Assembly: GCA_033762915.1 (NCBI GenBank)
Contig: JANRLD010000070.1
Coordinates: 19,745 to 83,744, forward strand
Length of the DNA: 64,000 nucleotides
From: Meiothermus sp.
GTDB taxonomy: Bacteria > Deinococcota > Deinococci > Deinococcales > Thermaceae
Direction of reading: 5' to 3'
In this document: piece after piece, positions 59,786 to 64,000 of the stretch
How positions within the stretch are numbered: position 1 is the stretch's first letter
Layout of the letters: the number at the start of each line of letters is the position of its first letter
Made by a program: the position numbers and the translations under genes
Notes under the pieces: model-generated
What the model was told of the DNA's origin: nothing
The model's database searches: none
The model's input: only the letters and a program-made list of their open reading frames with translations

Positions 59786-60482
59786 ATGGACAAAACCCAG
59801 CGCACCTACGACCAGTTTGCCGCCGTATACGACGACACCAACGCGGCGATGCCGGACGGGTTGAAGCGGGCAGCCGCGCAATTCTTGGGTCGTCTGCCTA
59901 AAAACCCCCACTGTGTGGATGTGGGCTGCGGCGTGGGGCGGGATATGGCTTGGCTCAAAACCCACGGCGCAGTCATAACCGGGGTGAATTTCTCAATCGG
60001 GATGCTGGCTCGAGCGCGGACTCGAGTGCGTGGTGAATTGATCCAAATGGACATGCACAGCGGTTCCCACCATTACGCCTCACTGCGTGAGGCGTAATGT
60101 ACCCCGCACATCCGAGTCTCTACGTGCGGGGTATTCGTGGGAACCGCTGCAGGAATTGCAATTGGAACCCTCGAGCTTCGACGGACTGTGGTGCAACGCG
60201 GCACTGTTGCATCTGCCCAAACAAGCTGTGCCCAAAGTGCTGGCCGGATTCAAGCGGGTTTTGGTGGAAAGCGGGTTGGCCTTTTTTAGTCTTCAAGTGG
60301 GGGCAGAGGAAAGGTACGGGGAAATTCCGGCCTATCCTGGAGCAGAACGGTTTTTTGCACGGTATCAGCCAGAAGAGTTTACGGACTTGCTTAACGAAGG
60401 TGGCTTCTCCGTACTCGAGCAAGAGATTTCGGACGAAGGGGTGCGGGTCTGGCTACGGATTTTTGCCAGAGCAAAACTTTAA
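59786..60482 (+). pseudogene. Class I SAM methyltransferase interrupted by a 94-bp insertion
   Basis: 5' half carries VDVGCGVGRD and 3' half carries FDGLWCNAALLHLP in another frame. Deleting 60058-60151 restores one 200-aa ORF (...IQMDMQELQLEP...). Confidence 0.88.
60058..60149. mobile_element. MITE-like element, 92 bp, 13-bp perfect TIR, CA (or TGCA) duplicated
   Basis: CAGCGGTTCCCAC ... GTGGGAACCGCTG enclosing two TAC...GTA hairpins, flanked by CA on both sides. Confidence 0.88.
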
Positions 60483-60516
60483 CCATTCAAACCCAACTGA
60501 ATTGCGGGGTGAGTGC

Positions 60517-60540
60517 GGACGAGCAGCCGCTCGTCCCTAC
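60517..60540 (-). repeat. GTAG-type REP-like palindrome
   Basis: Minus strand GTAG-GGACGAGC-GGCT-GCTCGTCC, between convergent genes. Confidence 0.55.
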
Positions 60541-60554
60541 AGGGGTGGGTTAGT

Positions 60555-60929
60555 TTACTTGGGTAAGGCTCGAGGCTCCCCCGTCTGGCTGCGCCCCACG
60601 AAGACCGCCCCGGCTTCTACATCGAGGGCCATGGCCCGCACGTCGCCCTCGAGTCGGGCACTCTTGGTCAGGTGCAGCTTGCCGCCCGCCACCACCTGGG
60701 CGTTGACCTGGCCCTGCACCAGGATGTTATTGCCTTTGACCTGCTCCCCTTCGATGCTGGCGCTGGGGCCGATCTCGATGTCTCCGTCCGCCATCACCGA
60801 GCCCTTGACCTTGCCGTCGATGCGGACGTTACCGCTGGCCTTGATGTCGCCCTCGATCTCGCTGCCCTCCGAAAGATAGGTCAGCGCCGCCGCGTTGGGA
60901 CGTTGTTGATTCCGGTTTCCGCCTAACAC
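60555..60929 (-). CDS. Bactofilin (polymer-forming cytoskeletal protein)
   Basis: EIEGDI...VRIDGKVKGSV...LEGDV...GAVFVG repeats. Confidence 0.93.
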   Translation of the reverse strand: MLGGNRNQQRPNAAALTYLSEGSEIEGDIKASGNVRIDGKVKGSVMADGDIEIGPSASIEGEQVKGNNILVQGQVNAQVVAGGKLHLTKSARLEGDVRAMALDVEAGAVFVGRSQTGEPRALPK

Positions 60930-61027
60930 GGGGCTATCCTAACACGGCGGGAAGCTCGAGAGCCCCCGGAGTGAATGAGGTAGGGAGGGGGCACCCGCCT
61001 CATGGGTTCTCCCCTTCCTTCTTGGCC

Positions 61028-62002
61028 TTACTGTAAGTACCCTCTGGGGTTTACGTCGCTGCCCTCGCGGATGACCGTGTAGTGCAGGTGCGGGCCGGTG
61101 GAGCGGCCGGTAGAGCCGATACCGCCGATCACGTCGCCGCGCTCCGCGCGGTCGCCGACCCGCACCCGCGTCGAGGAGAGGTGGCCGTAGAGGGTCTTGT
61201 AGCCAAAGCCATGATCCACCACCACCGCCAAGCCGAAGATGGGGCGGTATCCGGCGGCCTCCACCACGCCCGCGCCGGTGGTGCGGACGGGGGTGCCGTA
61301 GGGGGCCGGGAAGTCCAGGCCGTTGTGGTACTCGAAGCTCCAGCCGAAAGGGCTGCGGCGGTAGCCGAAGCCTGAGGTGATGCGCCCGTAGCCGCGCACC
61401 GGATAGCCGTAGGGGGTGGCGGCCTCGCGCTCCAGGGTCTGGTTTAGCTCGGGCGAGAGCTCCACCAGGTCGCGGCGGAAGCCCTTGAGCTGGCCCTGGG
61501 CGAAGTCTAGGACGGTCTCGAGCTCGGCGGGCTTGGTGTCGCCGCCGCCCCTGGCCCCGCCCTCGTTGGTGCTGGAGGTCCCGCCCTCGTTGGTGTTGGA
61601 GGTCCCGCCCTCGTTGCGGGAGGGGGTGAGCTTGATCTCGGGCATGCCGGCGCGGCGGCGCAGGGCGTTGATCTCGGTCTCGAGGGTTTGCAGTTGCCGC
61701 AGGATGCCCTGGGCGTCCTCGGAGAGGGCGTTGTTGCGGGTGCGCTCGGCGTCCACCCGGCTGCGCTCGGCGGCCAGTTGGTTGTTAAGCTTGCGGGCCT
61801 GCTCGTTCATCGACACCAGTTGAAGCTGGAGGCTGCGCATCTCGGCGGTGCGGTTCCACAGCCATAGGTTTAGGCCACTCCAGCCTGCCAGCACCGCCAG
61901 GATTACCAGCGGTATCCAGACCGGCAGCGACAGCGTGCGGGGGGCCGACCCGGTGCGTGCCAGCCAGAGGGTGTAGCGTACGGGGTGACGGCGCAGGGGC
62001 AT
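61028..62002 (-). CDS. M23 peptidase with TM segment and coiled coil
   Basis: HNGLD, YGHL and STGRSTGPHLHY motifs; upstream of bactofilin. Confidence 0.93.
   Translation of the reverse strand: MPLRRHPVRYTLWLARTGSAPRTLSLPVWIPLVILAVLAGWSGLNLWLWNRTAEMRSLQLQLVSMNEQARKLNNQLAAERSRVDAERTRNNALSEDAQGILRQLQTLETEINALRRRAGMPEIKLTPSRNEGGTSNTNEGGTSSTNEGGARGGGDTKPAELETVLDFAQGQLKGFRRDLVELSPELNQTLEREAATPYGYPVRGYGRITSGFGYRRSPFGWSFEYHNGLDFPAPYGTPVRTTGAGVVEAAGYRPIFGLAVVVDHGFGYKTLYGHLSSTRVRVGDRAERGDVIGGIGSTGRSTGPHLHYTVIREGSDVNPRGYLQ
61557..61616 (-). repeat. 24-bp coding tandem repeat, 2.5 copies (NEGGTSxT)
   Basis: CCGCCCTCGTTGGTG(C/T)TGGAGGTC twice plus CCGCCCTCGTTG. Confidence 0.9.
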
Positions 62003-62252
62003 TAGGAGCCAAGTTCTAACCCGGCGGTGTGCAAAAAGTCAAGATGTTTTAATGTTCACGCACCGCACCTCTCATAAAGTGGTATGTCGCGATTTCCCCA
62101 ATCAGCGGAGGAATCCTCGAGCTTTGGACTGCCCCTAATGGCCCGGAATTAACCCAGCACCGGATGAGAGGCGCGGCTGGGCGTGTCTTAAGCCCGCCTG
62201 TAACGCCGGTAAACTTGAGGCCCCGGCCCGGGCACCTACAATAGCCCTTGGG

Positions 62253-63467
62253 ATGAAGACTGCCGACTACCTCATCATCGGCGGAGGCATCGTGGGCCTG
62301 ACCGTGGCCCTCGAGCTGCACCGCCGCCAGCCGAGCGCCAAGATTATCGTCCTGGAGAAGGAGAAGGCCCTGGCCTTCCACGGCTCTGGCCGCAATTCCG
62401 GTGTGCTACACGCTGGTTTTTATTACACCTCCGACAGCCTCAAGGCCAAGTTCACCCGCGACGGCAACGCCAGATGGAAGCGCTTCGTGGAGGAGAGGGG
62501 CCTCAAGATCAACCGCTGCGGCAAGCTGGTGGTAGCCAAGCACGAAGGGGAGGTGGAGGGCCTACGGGAACTCAAGCGGCGCGGCGACCTCAACGGGGTC
62601 GAGACCGAGCTGATCAGCCTCGAGGCCGCCAAGAAGATCGAGCCGAGGGTCAAGACCACCGAGATCGCCCTCTGGTCGCCCAACACCGCCACCGTCGACC
62701 CCCTCGAGTGCATGAACGCGATGGCGGCGGAGTGCGCGTCTAAGGGCATCGAAATCCTGCTGGACAGCCCCTACCAGTCGCGGCGCGGCAAGGCCGTGAT
62801 CACCCCGCACGAGGTCATCAGCGCGGGCTACACCGTCAACTGCGCGGGCCTGCACGCCGACAAGGTAGCCCACGACTTCGGGGTGGGTGAGCGCTACCGC
62901 ATCTTGCCCTTCAAGGGGCTCTACATCTACGGCTCGGAACCTAAGGGCTCCCTGCGCACCAACATCTACCCCGTCCCCGACCTCCGCAACACCTTCCTGG
63001 GCGTCCACTTCACCGTGACCGTGGACGGCAAGGCCAAGATCGGCCCCACCGCCATCCCCGCCTTCTGGCGCGAGAACTACCAGGGCCTCGAGGGCTTCGA
63101 CCTCCAGGAGATGCTGGGCATCCTGCGCGACGAGGCCATCCTCTTCTACCGCAACGACTTCAACTTCCGCTCACTGGCCTTCGAGGAGATCAAGAAATAC
63201 TCCCAGCGCTATCTGGTGGAACTGGCCTCGAGCATGCTCGAGGGCGTAGACCCCGCCAACTACAAAACCTGGGGCCGCCCCGGCATCCGTGCCCAGCTCT
63301 ACGACCACCAGGACAAGAAGCTGGTGATGGACTTCATGCTCGAGGGCAACAGCGAAGGACTGCACGTGCTCAACGCCATCTCCCCCGCCTGGACGGCCTC
63401 AATGCCCTTTGCCGAGTACGTGGTCGACAAGGTAGAGGCGCTGCACCGAGGCAAGGTGCTGGTTTAG
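62253..63467 (+). CDS. lhgO: L-2-hydroxyglutarate oxidase family FAD enzyme
   Basis: GGGIVGL, SGRNSGVLHAG, NCAGLHAD, FLGVHFT, GIRAQL and HVLNAISPAWT motifs. Confidence 0.88.
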   Translation: MKTADYLIIGGGIVGLTVALELHRRQPSAKIIVLEKEKALAFHGSGRNSGVLHAGFYYTSDSLKAKFTRDGNARWKRFVEERGLKINRCGKLVVAKHEGEVEGLRELKRRGDLNGVETELISLEAAKKIEPRVKTTEIALWSPNTATVDPLECMNAMAAECASKGIEILLDSPYQSRRGKAVITPHEVISAGYTVNCAGLHADKVAHDFGVGERYRILPFKGLYIYGSEPKGSLRTNIYPVPDLRNTFLGVHFTVTVDGKAKIGPTAIPAFWRENYQGLEGFDLQEMLGILRDEAILFYRNDFNFRSLAFEEIKKYSQRYLVELASSMLEGVDPANYKTWGRPGIRAQLYDHQDKKLVMDFMLEGNSEGLHVLNAISPAWTASMPFAEYVVDKVEALHRGKVLV

Positions 63468-63483
63468 TTCACACCTCTTTTGA

Positions 63484-63882
63484 CTATGCCCCCAGAGGGG
63501 TTCTCAGTTCAATGTTTCGTGGAGCAAAGAACTCAAAGCCTTTTGAATGTAAAACTAATCCACAGTTAGTATTTGAGACATCGCGCACACGTTCAAGAAT
63601 TTGAAGGGCATCTCCATCATAGTTATACTCAAACCAACACCACCTCTCAAGAGGTTCCTGTTGGGTATTACGGTAGGTTCTTTGATTATCCTTTATAAAC
63701 AGTGATTGAAGATGTTGTCTTGCTTCTAGGTTTTGTGGCTCAGCAGTAACACCCAATATTCCAGCCTCCCACAGAACCTCGACGGCGCGGTTGATATCAA
63801 TATCTGTTTGGTTGATACGGCGCTTTAGGTCGTCAACTTGGAAAATCAATGGTAAACCCAGCCTTGCCCAAAAACTTAACAT
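63484..63882 (-). CDS. Low-GC hypothetical protein, possibly a 3' gene remnant
   Basis: 132-aa ORF in an abruptly AT-rich segment; no clear RBS. Confidence 0.5.
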   Translation of the reverse strand: MLSFWARLGLPLIFQVDDLKRRINQTDIDINRAVEVLWEAGILGVTAEPQNLEARQHLQSLFIKDNQRTYRNTQQEPLERWCWFEYNYDGDALQILERVRDVSNTNCGLVLHSKGFEFFAPRNIELRTPLGA

Positions 63883-63945
63883 TTAGTGGCTTTTGCCCAA
63901 AAAGTCGAGATTCTGCCCAAAAAGTCTACTTCAACCCATCCACGA

Positions 63946-63981
63946 AATAGGAGCGCCCAGAACTGCTTGGGCGCTCCTATT
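63946..63981. terminator. 14-bp stem hairpin, probable terminator
   Basis: AATAGGAGCGCCCA-GAACTGCT-TGGGCGCTCCTATT. Confidence 0.7.
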
Positions 63982-64000
63982 GATAAAGGCGGCTTTTGTG

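Noticed and set aside
60058..60151. Programmed frameshift or intron in the methyltransferase
   Set aside because: TIRs, target duplication and homologous copies elsewhere explain it as an insertion.

Overview
GC-rich (roughly 65-70% by eye) bacterial chromosome segment, most consistent with a Meiothermus/Calidithermus-type Deinococcus-Thermus genome. The evidence for that is inference from gene content, leaderless-style promoters and extreme CTCGAG enrichment. It holds about 60 protein genes. Housekeeping genes include rpsA, serS, gatC, pgi, gnd, ald, an AddA-like helicase, nurA-herA, mnmD and bactofilin-M23. These are interspersed with accessory genes: a Doc TA pair, a PilT paralogue, a GGDEF protein, two group I truncated haemoglobins around an AAC(3)-like acetyltransferase next to a SARP/BTAD-AAA-TPR regulator, a LarA-family enzyme in a gluconate operon, and several secreted unknowns. 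I found no rRNA, tRNA, CRISPR array or transposase. The non-coding signals are the most striking. (1) A family of tiny inverted-repeat-bounded elements shares (C/G)AGCGGTTCCCAC ends but carries different TAC...GTA hairpin cassettes; one copy is a clean 94-bp insertion that breaks a methyltransferase gene. (2) A CarH/LitR-type operator (three 11-bp TnnACA repeats) lies upstream of a fasciclin gene. (3) The CTCGAG palindrome is highly iterated. (4) Degenerate heptamer tracts occur in many intergenic gaps. All product calls come from motif recognition by eye, not database searches.
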